Part shown: piece after piece, positions 1 through 9,872 of the stretch | Layout of the letters: every line of letters begins with the position of its first letter | How positions within the stretch are numbered: the stretch's first letter is position 1 | Assembly (NCBI GenBank): GCA_963827685.1 | Contig: CAWHBU010000003.1 | Span: 1,056,001-1,120,000, forward strand | From: an uncultured delta proteobacterium | Lineage (GTDB): Bacteria; Desulfobacterota; BSN033; UBA1163 | Length of the DNA stretch: 64,000 nt | Direction of reading: 5' to 3' | Program-made: the position numbers and the translations under genes | Notes under the pieces: generated by a model | Seen by the model: the letters and a program-made list of their open reading frames with translations, nothing else | Database searches by the model: none | Told to the model about the DNA's origin: nothing

Positions 1-225
1 AACACAAGCGCCCACGCCACTCCCGCAGATGATGATTCCCCTTTCAGCCTTCTTGTGCAAAACCTCCTGAGCGACGGCTCTGGCATAGTCAGGATAGTCT
101 ACGGGGGCGTCACTTTGAGTTCCAAGGTCCACAACCTCATCTCCGAGTTCTCGTAAAAACTCTATCAGGACTGTTTTTAAATGAAATCCACCATGGTCTG
201 CAGCCATTGCAATTACCATTCTCAT
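1..225 (-). CDS. rpiB: Ribose-5-phosphate isomerase B (runs off the window edge)
   Basis: Manual translation [17 protein letters not shown]...VDYPDYA...[10 protein letters not shown] matches RpiB motifs; the ATG overlaps the tkt stop. Confidence 0.93.
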   Translation of the reverse strand, partial: MRMVIAMAADHGGFHLKTVLIEFLRELGDEVVDLGTQSDAPVDYPDYARAVAQEVLHKKAERGIIICGSGVGACV

Positions 226-2282
226 TTCCCTTTCTTTCCTGTTAAAAGAGTCTTTGCCCTGTTCAGTATATTTATGGATGTAAAACCAAACTCCTGAAGG
301 AGTTTCTTGCCAGGAGCGGACGCTCCAAAATGGTCGATACCCATTGCTTCACCTTCCGGCCCCACATATTTGTGCCAGCCATGCGTGGAGCCCGCTTCAA
401 TAGACAGCCTTGCCGTGATATCGGGTGGAAACACTTCATGACGATAGTTTTCTGGTTGTTGTTCAAAAAGTTCCCAAGAAGGCATATTTACAAGGCGAGT
501 CCTTATGCCTTCCGTTTTTAGCTTTTCATAAACATCAAGGGCAAGATGGACTTCTGATCCGGTTGCGATCAGGATGATCTCGGGCTTGCTGGACACAGGG
601 TCAGCTAATATATACGCTCCTTTCCTCAGTCCAATGGGTGAACTAAATTTTTTTCTATCAATTACCGGGACATTCTGTCTCGTCAAAATGATGGCAACAG
701 GTCCTTCTCTATGTCCAATCGCCATTTTCCATGCCTCGGCCGTTTCATTGGCATCGGCTGGCCTGATCACGGTCAAACCCGGCACAGCCCTTAGACTGGA
801 AAGCTGCTCCACAGGCTGATGGGTGGGGCCGTCTTCTCCGAGGGCAATGGAATCATGGGTGAAGATATAGATCACATGGAGTTTCATCAAAGCCGCAAGC
901 CTGATCGGAGGCCTCATGTAATCTGAAAAAATTAAAAAAGTGCTTCCAAAAGGGATTAACCCTCCATGAAGGGCCATCCCATTGAGGATACTTCCCATGG
1001 CATGTTCTCGTACCCCAAAGGCGATGTTTGCCCCCTCGTAGCCCCATGGACCAGTGACCGAGCCCTGAACGGTCTCATCACCGGACCCTGGACATTGAAA
1101 ATTGCCTTTCCCTTTCAACGCCGTATTGGTGGAAGGGTTTAAATCCGCCGAACCTCCGATTAAGAAGGGAAGATGGGAGGCCATTGCATTCATCACCTGA
1201 CCACCCGCGGAGCGCGTTGCCATCCCTTTAGGATCTGGAGAAAAAACAGGGATATCCCTCTCCCAGCCCTTTGGCAGCACTGAGTTCATCCATCGATCCC
1301 ACTCGATCCTAAGGTCTGGATAGGCCTTTCCGTATGACTCAAAATTTGCTTTCCATTCTGCTTCAAGCTGGGATCCTTTATTGAGTTCTTTCCTGAAAAA
1401 AGCAAGGGCCTCATCAGGCATATAAAACGTCGGTTCAAGAGGCCATCCAAGATTTTTCTTGGTGGCGATCACTTCCTCAGGCCCGAGAGGAGATCCGTGA
1501 GCCTCAAAAGTATCCTGCCTGCGAGGGCTGCCATAACCGATATGCGTCCTAATCGAAATGAGAGAAGGGCGGGACATTTCACCTCGGGCGGCTGTGATCG
1601 CCTTCGAAATGGCCGCCATGTCGTTTCCGTCTTCAACGGACTGTACATGCCAGCCGTACGCTTCGAAACGTTTCAACACATCCTCGCTGAAATTTAGCTT
1701 TATTTCTCCGGAGAGGGTCATGTGGTTATTATCATAGAGGTAAATCAGCTTGCCTAATTTAAGATGTCCGGCCAGCGATGCCGCCTCAGAGCCAACCCCT
1801 TCCATCAAATCTCCATCGCTGACGATGGCATAGGTGGTGTGATGAACGATCTCGTAGCCCGGACGATTAAATTTCGCAGCGAGGAAACGCTCAGCCATGG
1901 CCATGCCCACACCATTTCCAAAACCCTGTCCAAGAGGACCTGTGGTACATTCAACGCCCGGTGTCTCTTTATACTCAGGATGCCCTGGGGTCTTACTTCC
2001 CCATTGTCTGAATTGTTTCAATTCTTCTATCGGCAAATCATATCCTGTGAGATGTAAAAGAGAGTAAAGAAGGGCCGAGCCATGACCGGCCGAGAGGACG
2101 AAACGGTCGCGGTCAGGCCATTTTGGATCATTCGGGTTGTGTCTTAAAAATTGAGTCCACAATACATAGGCCATGGGGGCAGCGCCCATTGGCATTCCCG
2201 GATGCCCGGAGTTTGCTTGCTGGACCACGTCCACGGATAACATCCGAATGGTGTTGATACAGAGTTCGTCAAAGTCCTTCAT
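222..2282 (-). CDS. tkt: Transketolase
   Basis: [22 protein letters not shown] (TPP motif) and EDGPTHQP motifs. Confidence 0.98.
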   Translation of the reverse strand: MKDFDELCINTIRMLSVDVVQQANSGHPGMPMGAAPMAYVLWTQFLRHNPNDPKWPDRDRFVLSAGHGSALLYSLLHLTGYDLPIEELKQFRQWGSKTPGHPEYKETPGVECTTGPLGQGFGNGVGMAMAERFLAAKFNRPGYEIVHHTTYAIVSDGDLMEGVGSEAASLAGHLKLGKLIYLYDNNHMTLSGEIKLNFSEDVLKRFEAYGWHVQSVEDGNDMAAISKAITAARGEMSRPSLISIRTHIGYGSPRRQDTFEAHGSPLGPEEVIATKKNLGWPLEPTFYMPDEALAFFRKELNKGSQLEAEWKANFESYGKAYPDLRIEWDRWMNSVLPKGWERDIPVFSPDPKGMATRSAGGQVMNAMASHLPFLIGGSADLNPSTNTALKGKGNFQCPGSGDETVQGSVTGPWGYEGANIAFGVREHAMGSILNGMALHGGLIPFGSTFLIFSDYMRPPIRLAALMKLHVIYIFTHDSIALGEDGPTHQPVEQLSSLRAVPGLTVIRPADANETAEAWKMAIGHREGPVAIILTRQNVPVIDRKKFSSPIGLRKGAYILADPVSSKPEIILIATGSEVHLALDVYEKLKTEGIRTRLVNMPSWELFEQQPENYRHEVFPPDITARLSIEAGSTHGWHKYVGPEGEAMGIDHFGASAPGKKLLQEFGFTSINILNRAKTLLTGKKGK

Positions 2283-2929
2283 CTCGCCTTCCCCGCCTCG
2301 GACGCCATGAGTTGATGACCGAATTTTTTATAATTCTCTTCCGGGTTACCGAGGAATATTCTGCTTCCGACGCATACGCAATCGACTCCAATCTTGAAGA
2401 ACATTTGTAGATGATCTAAGGAAATTCCGCCATCGGCGGAAATAAGCTTGCTCGGAAAGATACGCCTTGCCTCTTCAATTTTCTTAAGAACATGATACTG
2501 AAAAGGACTCCCATAATAACCCGGATTAACGGTGAGAAACAACAATGTATCCACCTGTTCCGAGATCGACCTGAATCGATCGATTGGAGTCTCCGGCTTA
2601 ATGGCCAAACCAGGAGTGATTCCCCTCTCCTTCATCTGGTTTATGAAATCAAGATGATTGACATCCGATTCGAAGTGAAACATCACTTTCTTAAGTTGGG
2701 GGTTGCTTACCCCTCCCATGAGAGCCAGAGGATCCCTCACCATCAGGTGGATTTCGAAGGAGAGAGGAGTGCGGAGGTCTTTTATTTGTTCTGCAGGAAA
2801 GCTCTTGGATGGCACAAAAATGCCGTCCATCAGGTCAATTTGAACATAATGGGCAAAGGATTCCGCTTGCTTCAACATTCTAAGGCCGTCTTCGAATTTC
2901 TCCGCAAGGATAGCCGGTATGATCTTCAT
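2279..2929 (-). CDS. rpe: Ribulose-phosphate 3-epimerase
   Basis: [29 protein letters not shown] and DGGI motifs. The ORF stays open to 3049, but the extra N-terminal part is foreign (see findings). Confidence 0.88.
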   Translation of the reverse strand: MKIIPAILAEKFEDGLRMLKQAESFAHYVQIDLMDGIFVPSKSFPAEQIKDLRTPLSFEIHLMVRDPLALMGGVSNPQLKKVMFHFESDVNHLDFINQMKERGITPGLAIKPETPIDRFRSISEQVDTLLFLTVNPGYYGSPFQYHVLKKIEEARRIFPSKLISADGGISLDHLQMFFKIGVDCVCVGSRIFLGNPEENYKKFGHQLMASEAGKAR

Positions 2930-2947
2930 CCCGTTATTTTGCTGCAT

Positions 2948-3049
2948 GATTTTTTTCCCGACAAAGGGATAGTAAATATCTCTCAGGCAGTAATCCTGAT
3001 CAAAAGTGATAAGCAACGATCCATTTCCTACAGGGATATCACGGGGCAT
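2948..3049 (-). pseudogene. N-terminal fragment of a GH15 glucoamylase-like gene, in frame with rpe
   Basis: MPRDIPVGNGSLLITFDQDYCLRDIYYPFVG resembles, from recall, the N-terminus of bacterial GH15 proteins; it lies next to a CBM48 gene. Confidence 0.6.
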
Positions 3050-3160
3050 ATTTGATGAATCTCATTAAAGAGTGTTCAAAAACGAGATAGAATTTGGCAA
3101 ATTATTTTCCGGCTGCTTAGAAAAGAAATGAGGACAAAAGATAGCTCCGTTTCTTTACCT

Positions 3161-3478
3161 CTACTCGACGATTTTGACGCAATTCTGGCTTCCGAATACG
3201 TTGGGCACACAACCGGAACAAGAGGGGGCGTTCTCCCAGTTCCCATCCACCAGGAGACGATACTCATATCTCCCCGGCTTCAGGGAAAGGGTGGTTCGCC
3301 ATATTCCGTCCTTATCCTTTTTCATTGTGTTGGCATGGGTATCCCAACGATTGAACTCCCCCGCTATGTGAACCTCCTTTGCCTCCGGTGAGAGAAACTC
3401 AAATAGAACCTTTCTTGTCAGGACCTTGTCTTTTGTCTTACTCTCCTTTGCTCCTATCCTTCTTAGCATAACCTTCAC
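3161..3478 (-). CDS. Small glycogen-binding CBM48/AMPK-beta-like (isoamylase early set) protein
   Basis: AKEVHIAGEFNRW...GIWRTTLSLKPGRYEYRLLVDGNW...NVFGSQN. Confidence 0.88.
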   Translation of the reverse strand: MKVMLRRIGAKESKTKDKVLTRKVLFEFLSPEAKEVHIAGEFNRWDTHANTMKKDKDGIWRTTLSLKPGRYEYRLLVDGNWENAPSCSGCVPNVFGSQNCVKIVE

Positions 3479-3570
3479 CTCCTTACTTTAGTAGTTCTTC
3501 ATATAAAGTTACACATCAACTATTTTTAGTAATTATGCCTGTCCATAAATTATGGTTTTCATAAGAAGTC

Positions 3571-3688
3571 GTCATTCCGGCGAAAGCCGGAATCCAGGGT
3601 TCCCGGTGAAAACCGGGACCCAGTCTTTGACATGGTTCCTGACTTTCGTCGGGACGACGTCTGGATGCCGGATCAAGTCCGGCATGAC
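3571..3688. repeat. Compound palindromic repeat, GTCATTCC...GGAATCCA / TGGATGCC...GGCATGAC type
   Basis: Four stacked hairpins; related copy at 39659-39723. Confidence 0.8.
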
Positions 3689-3876
3689 GGAAAAGGCGCA
3701 TTTATAAATACACATTAATTATATAATGTCTTCTATTTAGTTGAAATAGTTTTTTTTTGAATGGGGTGGAAAAGGTATTTTTTGTTAGGAAATACAGTAT
3801 TTATACATGAAGGGAGCATGGTCTATGTTCACCCTGTCCCCTCACGAAAATCGCTCACGCACAGCCCGTGACCGGG

Positions 3877-5955
3877 TCATGACGCTTTCAGAATGACATT
3901 GGCATCCACGGCCAGAGGAATTCCTTTGTTGACCGCTAAGGGATTAATATCGATTTGCTCGATTTGAGGACAGGCCATGCCCACATTGCCCAAATTGACC
4001 AGGATATCCGCCATGACATCTTCTCTGAGAGGCGTCATCCCACGAAAGCCTTGTAAGAGGCGCTTATTACGAATTCGATGGATGAGTGTCAACGCGCTAT
4101 CCCTGTCCAAGGGGGCCATGGCAAACACCACATCTGGCTCAAGTTCTGAAAAGATTCCTCCCAGGCCGAACATCACACAAGGCCCGAATTGATCGTCCCG
4201 GATAAAGCCTGCTATCAGCTCATAGTCGGAATGAACCTCTTTCTGGACCAGGATTCTGCCACGATGATCGAGCTTTTCTTGAATATGATGAAACGCGGCC
4301 TCCAAGAGGGGCTTGCTCATGATCCCAAGCCGTACCAGCCCGCGTTCGGTCTTATGCGTCTCGCCGGGCATCAGTCCCTTTAAAACAACCGGCAAACCCA
4401 TCTTCCGGGCGGTCTTCCATGCCTGGTCAGGGCGCTGAACTATTTTTTCTTCCACCACCGGGATCTTCCAGTCAGAAAGGAATCTCTTACTGTCAAACTC
4501 ATCCCATATTTTTTCACCTGAGGGAAAGGGCGGTGTTTTAGGACCGGAGGGTGATGACGGCGTGACGGTCGTATCGGCCGTCTCCAGGCTGGGCTGGTGG
4601 CCACTAAATCGAGATGCTGCCCGCAAGCACTCGGCTATTCTGGAGACATCTTCATGAACCGGTATGCCAAGCGCTCTGGCCTCCCGACGGAATCGCTCGC
4701 ATCCTTCCCGAAGCCCCATCAGCCAGAAAAAGACCACCTTTCCAAATTGATCAGCCTTTTTCTTCAAAGCATCAAGCTCCAGAATACTTTCATCCAGTCC
4801 AGCTACAAAATGGATAAGGAGCACACCCACGTTGGGATCCTCCAAGACAGCAGGAATAACACGGCTAAAGGTGACCTCCCGGCCTCGTAAATTCACTGTA
4901 GGAAAAAGGTCTATGGGATTAGACACAGGCATCCAGTCAGGAAAGACCTCGCCGACCGCTTTCTTGGTCTGCTCTGAAAGTGACGCTACAGGAAGCCCGT
5001 GTCTTTCCAGGGCATCACAGGCAAGAACGCCCGCGCCACCGCTCAAGCTGAGGATGGCTGTCCGACAGTCAGGATCGACATGGGGGATCATCGCCAGGAC
5101 ATTGGCCATATCCATCATCTGATAGATGCTGTCGGCCAACGCGACGCCTGACATTTCCAAAACGCTATTCATCAGACGAGAGTTCCCTGAAAGGCTATGC
5201 GTATGGCTCTTTGCCGCCAGAGCGCCGGTTTCGCTGCTGCCTCCTTTCAAAATCACGATGGGTTTGGTCGATCGTTGAGCCATCTGGGCAAGGAGCCTTC
5301 CCCGGAGAACGGATTCCAAATACATGGCGATCACTTCGGTGTCGGGATCTTGCAACAAATATTCAAGGACATCACATTCGTCCACATCCGCCCTGTTCCC
5401 GATGGAACAAGCCTTTGCGATGCCGATGCCTCTTCGGCCCAACTCAGCAAGAAAAATGGCCGACATCATTCCACTCTGGACGATCAAAGAGATCCGACCC
5501 GGAAGCAGGCCTTCCGCACGCACACCTGGGTGCATAAAAGTAAAGAAATGACTTCGGTGAATATCCACGAGACCCATGCAATTGGGCCCCCAAAGTCGCA
5601 TGTTGTTCTGTTTTGCAATCGCGACGCACCGATCTTGTAGGGCCAAACCATCCTCGCCGGTTTCCGCAAACCCTGCGCTTTCAATGATCACCCTTCGGAT
5701 GCCTTTTGTAGCACACGCCTCCAAGACGGAGGGAACCGATGACGCCGGCACCAAGACGATGGCGAGGTCGATCGGGTGAGAGATGTCCTCCAAAGAAGGG
5801 AAACAGCGGAGCCCCTCAATCTCCTGGTAACTGCGATTGACCGGATAAATTTCTCCTTTGAACCCGACAAGCAGATTCCCGACCACAAAGTTTCCTATAT
5901 TTCGGTTGCTGGCTCCAACTACTGCGATCGAGTTAGGGTGAAAAAAAACATCCAT
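3877..5955 (-). CDS. Acetate/acyl-CoA ligase (NDP-forming), fused alpha-beta
   Basis: CoA-binding SIAVVGAS, GPNCMG, phospho-His SHT, C-terminal ATP-grasp DDQFGPCVMFGLGG and DINPL. Confidence 0.93.
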   Translation of the reverse strand: MDVFFHPNSIAVVGASNRNIGNFVVGNLLVGFKGEIYPVNRSYQEIEGLRCFPSLEDISHPIDLAIVLVPASSVPSVLEACATKGIRRVIIESAGFAETGEDGLALQDRCVAIAKQNNMRLWGPNCMGLVDIHRSHFFTFMHPGVRAEGLLPGRISLIVQSGMMSAIFLAELGRRGIGIAKACSIGNRADVDECDVLEYLLQDPDTEVIAMYLESVLRGRLLAQMAQRSTKPIVILKGGSSETGALAAKSHTHSLSGNSRLMNSVLEMSGVALADSIYQMMDMANVLAMIPHVDPDCRTAILSLSGGAGVLACDALERHGLPVASLSEQTKKAVGEVFPDWMPVSNPIDLFPTVNLRGREVTFSRVIPAVLEDPNVGVLLIHFVAGLDESILELDALKKKADQFGKVVFFWLMGLREGCERFRREARALGIPVHEDVSRIAECLRAASRFSGHQPSLETADTTVTPSSPSGPKTPPFPSGEKIWDEFDSKRFLSDWKIPVVEEKIVQRPDQAWKTARKMGLPVVLKGLMPGETHKTERGLVRLGIMSKPLLEAAFHHIQEKLDHRGRILVQKEVHSDYELIAGFIRDDQFGPCVMFGLGGIFSELEPDVVFAMAPLDRDSALTLIHRIRNKRLLQGFRGMTPLREDVMADILVNLGNVGMACPQIEQIDINPLAVNKGIPLAVDANVILKAS

Positions 5956-5999
5956 ATAAAATCCTCGTCTAAGTGATGCCCTCCGCTGTAGGGTCGGCC

Positions 6000-6665
6000 C
6001 TATCTTTGAAAATCCTGATGATTTGAAATCAGACTCAAGAGATCGAGATGGTCCTCGATAAAAAGGTCATTGGCAATCTCCCTATTTTTGTAGGCAACAA
6101 ATCTCACGCCTGAAGATTCAGCAGACTGTTTGTCCACCTCAGAATCTCCCACAAAAACAGCCTCCTCTTTTTTCAATTGAAAGGCTTCGATGATCTTCTC
6201 GATCGATTCAGGGTGAGGCTTAGGGTTTTTGACATCGAGGGCTGTCACCACCATCTCGAAATAAGGCCGGAGGTTGAATCTTTCCATAATATGTTCCATC
6301 GATGTCGTCCGGTTGGTATTAATGGCGCGGAGTATCCCTTTTCCTTTCAGTTTTTCCAAAATTTGAAATAGGTGGGGTTCCATCTTTAAGTACTCGACGT
6401 AATTTCTTAAATCGACCTGTTTCTCTCTCAAAATTTCTAATGCCTTCTTTTCCAGATCGTTTTCTCTCCCAAAAATGAAGTGGATCGCTTCAAAGACGGT
6501 GTGAATGTGAACGTATTGCATTTCTTCTTCCCTCAGAGGGCCTCTCCCCACCAAGGCACAGAGATCGTTATATAGCTTTGTGTTGGCTTCAAAGGAATCG
6601 AAGAGAACACCATCGCAGTCGTAGATCACACAACGAACCTTCCATTGAACTTTTTGAGTGCTCAT
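6000..6665 (-). CDS. HAD-superfamily hydrolase (phosphoglycolate phosphatase-like)
   Basis: DCDGVL, TN, KPHP and VGDSEVD motifs. Confidence 0.9.
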   Translation of the reverse strand: MSTQKVQWKVRCVIYDCDGVLFDSFEANTKLYNDLCALVGRGPLREEEMQYVHIHTVFEAIHFIFGRENDLEKKALEILREKQVDLRNYVEYLKMEPHLFQILEKLKGKGILRAINTNRTTSMEHIMERFNLRPYFEMVVTALDVKNPKPHPESIEKIIEAFQLKKEEAVFVGDSEVDKQSAESSGVRFVAYKNREIANDLFIEDHLDLLSLISNHQDFQR

Positions 6666-6858
6666 CTCCTCTTCTTATCTCCTCAAACTGTCTTTTACCT
6701 TAGCGTTCCAGAAAAACACCAAAACAGACTCGGTGGGGACACTGAGAAAGCCTTGTAGCGGAACCTTTTGAAAGCCAAGCACCATGGCTCATCGACTCAG
6801 ATGAACTTCACTCTTGGTGATGTCCTCAACAACCCTCTAAATTCTAATAAAACCCGCA

Positions 6859-7536
6859 TTACAAGGCTTTGGAAGTGTTCCCGCCGGGTCTGCCTAATGC
6901 GACTGTCATGTTTATTGGGCTCTCGGAAAGAAAACCCTCCTTCACCTCACCATGATTGGTGTGAAAGATCTTGGTTTCAGCATTCTTTTCGATCAGATAA
7001 AAGCAGCCGTTGCTCTGCTGCATCTTTAACATCTCCTCCGGTGGATAATTCATGAGAGCCCCGATCAGCATTTGATTGACCACCCTGTGACCAACAATTA
7101 AGATCTCCTCCCCTTTGTGGTTCTGAAGGATCTTCTCAACAAAAGGCCTGATGCGGTTAATGACATCCGTATAATTTTCTGCCTCCGGGATGCGGTAGGT
7201 GAAAGGGTTCTCCTTGAAGCGTTCCCATTCGCTCTTCACTTCTTCATCAGAATCAAGGATCTGCTTCCCTTCGAGAATACCGAAGGCGATTTCATCCAAT
7301 TCCGGTTGTCGTCGAATGGAAAGACCGAAGTGGCTTGCAATCGGTTGAGCGGTAAGAATGGATCGCTGTAGCGTGCTGGTATAAATGGCTGAGATGGGCC
7401 GGCCTTTGAGTTGCTCGAGCAATGCCTGGCTCTGGCCATGGCCCTTGGGACTCAGGTCAGGATCGCTTCGGCCCTGAATCCTCCCCTCCACATTCCATGT
7501 CGTCTCCCCATGCCTCGCAATGTAAATCTTAATCAA
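6859..7536 (-). CDS. Histidine phosphatase family protein
   Basis: RHGETTWN motif and second His in IVGH. Confidence 0.92.
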   Translation of the reverse strand: MIKIYIARHGETTWNVEGRIQGRSDPDLSPKGHGQSQALLEQLKGRPISAIYTSTLQRSILTAQPIASHFGLSIRRQPELDEIAFGILEGKQILDSDEEVKSEWERFKENPFTYRIPEAENYTDVINRIRPFVEKILQNHKGEEILIVGHRVVNQMLIGALMNYPPEEMLKMQQSNGCFYLIEKNAETKIFHTNHGEVKEGFLSESPINMTVALGRPGGNTSKAL

Positions 7537-7563
7537 GGGGTAATCGCCCCGCGTCTGTAGTCT

Positions 7564-7623
7564 GTAGCGCCCCCATTTACTGGGGGCGAACGGTCTCTCG
7601 TCGGCAGTAAATGCCGACGCTAC
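7564..7623. repeat. GTAG-type REP doublet (REPIN-like), copy 1
   Basis: GTAG-CGCCCCCATTTACTGGGGGCG...CGTCGGCAGTAAATGCCGACG-CTAC. Confidence 0.88.
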
Positions 7624-7649
7624 TACGTTATTGATATTCCACCTTTGCC

Positions 7650-9770
7650 TTAATCCGCCTCTGTCCCTCTCACTTCAAAATAAATATAATCTAAGATTTT
7701 TCCTCCCTTTTCCGCAATAGCGAGGGAATATTTTCCTGCTTTTGGGGTCCAGGGGATCGTTTTTCCCACCGCTTCCATGCGTGCACCATTTAACACCCAT
7801 CGAAAGTCGTTTTCACTGGTTTGGGCGATAAAGAAGATCTTCTGAAGTTCCAGTGGAATGTCCGGATCCAGTGCAATCACCATCCCGGAAGGAGGGTAGA
7901 CGATTCTGGGGTTGAATTGAGCTATTCTCTGATTCTTTGAATTGGGTTCTGTCCCGGCGATAAACCATTCCTCTCGGGAAGAGGCTATGCCTTGAGGAAA
8001 TTCAATCTCCCTTCGTACGAGGCGGGGAAGGATTTCTCTTTCTATACTGGGATCATTTCGATGAAGAAAATTCATCACCTCGATCCAGATGGGAGCCGCC
8101 CCTGTAATGCCACTCACATTCCACATCGGTTCTCCCGAAAAATTTCCTGTCCAGACACCCACCGTATACTTTCTTAAATATCCAATGCACCAGTTATCCC
8201 TCATATCCTTACTGGTACCGGTCTTTGCTGCCGTCCAGAACCGGGTGGACAAAGGATTTTCAAGGCCAAAAGTAACACTCCGGGCCTCTCTGTCCGATAA
8301 TATATCTGAGATGAGAAAGGTTGCTTCTTTTGAGAATATCTGCTTCTTCTGACCTGAATGATTCTCTTCGGGAATGAGACGGAGCTCATCCCATATCCCT
8401 TCATTGGCCAAACTTCGATAGGCATTCGTAAGCTCCCAGAGGCTCACATCTGCAGATCCAAGGGCAAGAGAAGGCCCATAGAAATCACCCGACTCATTGA
8501 GCCCCTTGATTCCCAGCTGCCTCAGTTTATTTAAGAAGGGCTCAATGCCCACCAAGGATAATGTCTTCACGGCTGGAACATTGAGAGAGGAAGCCAGGGC
8601 AATCCGTGTAGTGACCGATCCCTTGAAATGGGAGTCATAGTTTCTGGGTTGATAGATCCCGCTGATCACAGCCATATCAAGAGGTGAATCATCCAGGAGA
8701 GAGGCCGGGGTCAGAATCCGTTGTTCAAAGGCAAGACCATAAAGAAAAGGTTTTAAGGTGGAACCTGCTTGTCTCTTTGCCTGAACCCCATCCACAAACC
8801 TTGCCGAGTAAGGTTCTCCACTGTAACTCACATAGGCCAGGACATCCCCTGTGCTATTTTCCACAACGAGGATAGCCCCATCCTTCATATTTTGTGATCT
8901 CAGAGAGAGAAGATGATGGGTTATACGGTCAATGGCAAAGCGCTGGATCCCGCTGTCCAGAGTACAAGTGACCGACGATCCATGGGGGCTTCCTTTTAAT
9001 AGATGCCGCGCAATATGCGGGGCGAGATCTTCCCGCGGACGGGGCAAATTCGGCCCCAGAAATATCTGCCTCACCTTAGAATGAATCTCCTCTTCGCCAA
9101 TTTTCCAATCCATCACTTTGGTGAGATGGGACATCCTCTTGACCAACTCTGATGACGAAGCATTGGGGGATCGGATCAAGGAGGCCAGGATGAGCGATTC
9201 TGATTGACCCAGACCATGAGGGTCTTTTCCGAATAACCCCCTTGAAGCAGCCGAGATTCCCTGAAGCTCTCCTCGGAATGTCACGAGATTAAGGTAGGCT
9301 TCAAATATTTCTGTCTTTGACCATTTCTTTTCGATTTCCCACGAATTCAAGATCTGTCTCTCCTTTTGCCAGATGGATCGCCTTCCTCTCTTTGATTGAA
9401 TCTCTTTATTTAAGATGGAGGCCAACTGCATGGTGATGGTGCTTGCACCGCGGAGACTCTCAGAGGTGAGTCCTTGAATCAAAGCCGCCCCGATGGATCT
9501 ATAGTCCACTCCCCCGTGATCATAGAATCGCTTGTCCTCAGCCTGAATCACTGCCTCCTTTAAGACAGGTGAAATATTTTGGAGGGGAGTCCAGTCGAGC
9601 CTTCTCCGCTCCTTGTCCACCCGCAATTCATGGATGATTTCTCCATGGCGATCGAGCAATAGAGAGTCCGATTTGACGTAAGAGTGCCGAACCTCCTGAT
9701 AGGAGGGAAGGGCAAAAGCCCTTACATTAAAAAGAAAAAATATCATAAATGACAAAGTGAGCTTTTTCAT
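7650..9770 (-). CDS. pbpC: Penicillin-binding protein 1C
   Basis: Transglycosylase EDKRFYDHGGVD and GASTITMQL; transpeptidase STLK, SLN and KTG; sits downstream of alpha-2-macroglobulin. Confidence 0.95.
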   Translation of the reverse strand: MKKLTLSFMIFFLFNVRAFALPSYQEVRHSYVKSDSLLLDRHGEIIHELRVDKERRRLDWTPLQNISPVLKEAVIQAEDKRFYDHGGVDYRSIGAALIQGLTSESLRGASTITMQLASILNKEIQSKRGRRSIWQKERQILNSWEIEKKWSKTEIFEAYLNLVTFRGELQGISAASRGLFGKDPHGLGQSESLILASLIRSPNASSSELVKRMSHLTKVMDWKIGEEEIHSKVRQIFLGPNLPRPREDLAPHIARHLLKGSPHGSSVTCTLDSGIQRFAIDRITHHLLSLRSQNMKDGAILVVENSTGDVLAYVSYSGEPYSARFVDGVQAKRQAGSTLKPFLYGLAFEQRILTPASLLDDSPLDMAVISGIYQPRNYDSHFKGSVTTRIALASSLNVPAVKTLSLVGIEPFLNKLRQLGIKGLNESGDFYGPSLALGSADVSLWELTNAYRSLANEGIWDELRLIPEENHSGQKKQIFSKEATFLISDILSDREARSVTFGLENPLSTRFWTAAKTGTSKDMRDNWCIGYLRKYTVGVWTGNFSGEPMWNVSGITGAAPIWIEVMNFLHRNDPSIEREILPRLVRREIEFPQGIASSREEWFIAGTEPNSKNQRIAQFNPRIVYPPSGMVIALDPDIPLELQKIFFIAQTSENDFRWVLNGARMEAVGKTIPWTPKAGKYSLAIAEKGGKILDYIYFEVRGTEAD

Positions 9771-9794
9771 AGGTTCCTAAACCATGAGATCTAA

Positions 9795-9851
9795 GTAGCG
9801 CCCTCATTTAATGGGGGCGACATGGACGTCGGCAATAAATGCCGACGCTAC
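9795..9851. repeat. GTAG-type REP doublet, copy 2
   Basis: Same two hairpins bracketed by GTAG/CTAC. Confidence 0.88.
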
Positions 9852-9872
9852 TATGCTTTTTCTATCTGAACA

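Noticed and set aside
3516-3701. 61-aa ORF (RHAGLDPAS...WIPAFAGMT)
   Set aside because: It is the translation of the palindromic repeat, not a likely gene
6670-6850. Possible structured RNA between the HAD and phosphatase genes
   Set aside because: No recognisable riboswitch or ncRNA motif by eye; an Rfam scan would be needed
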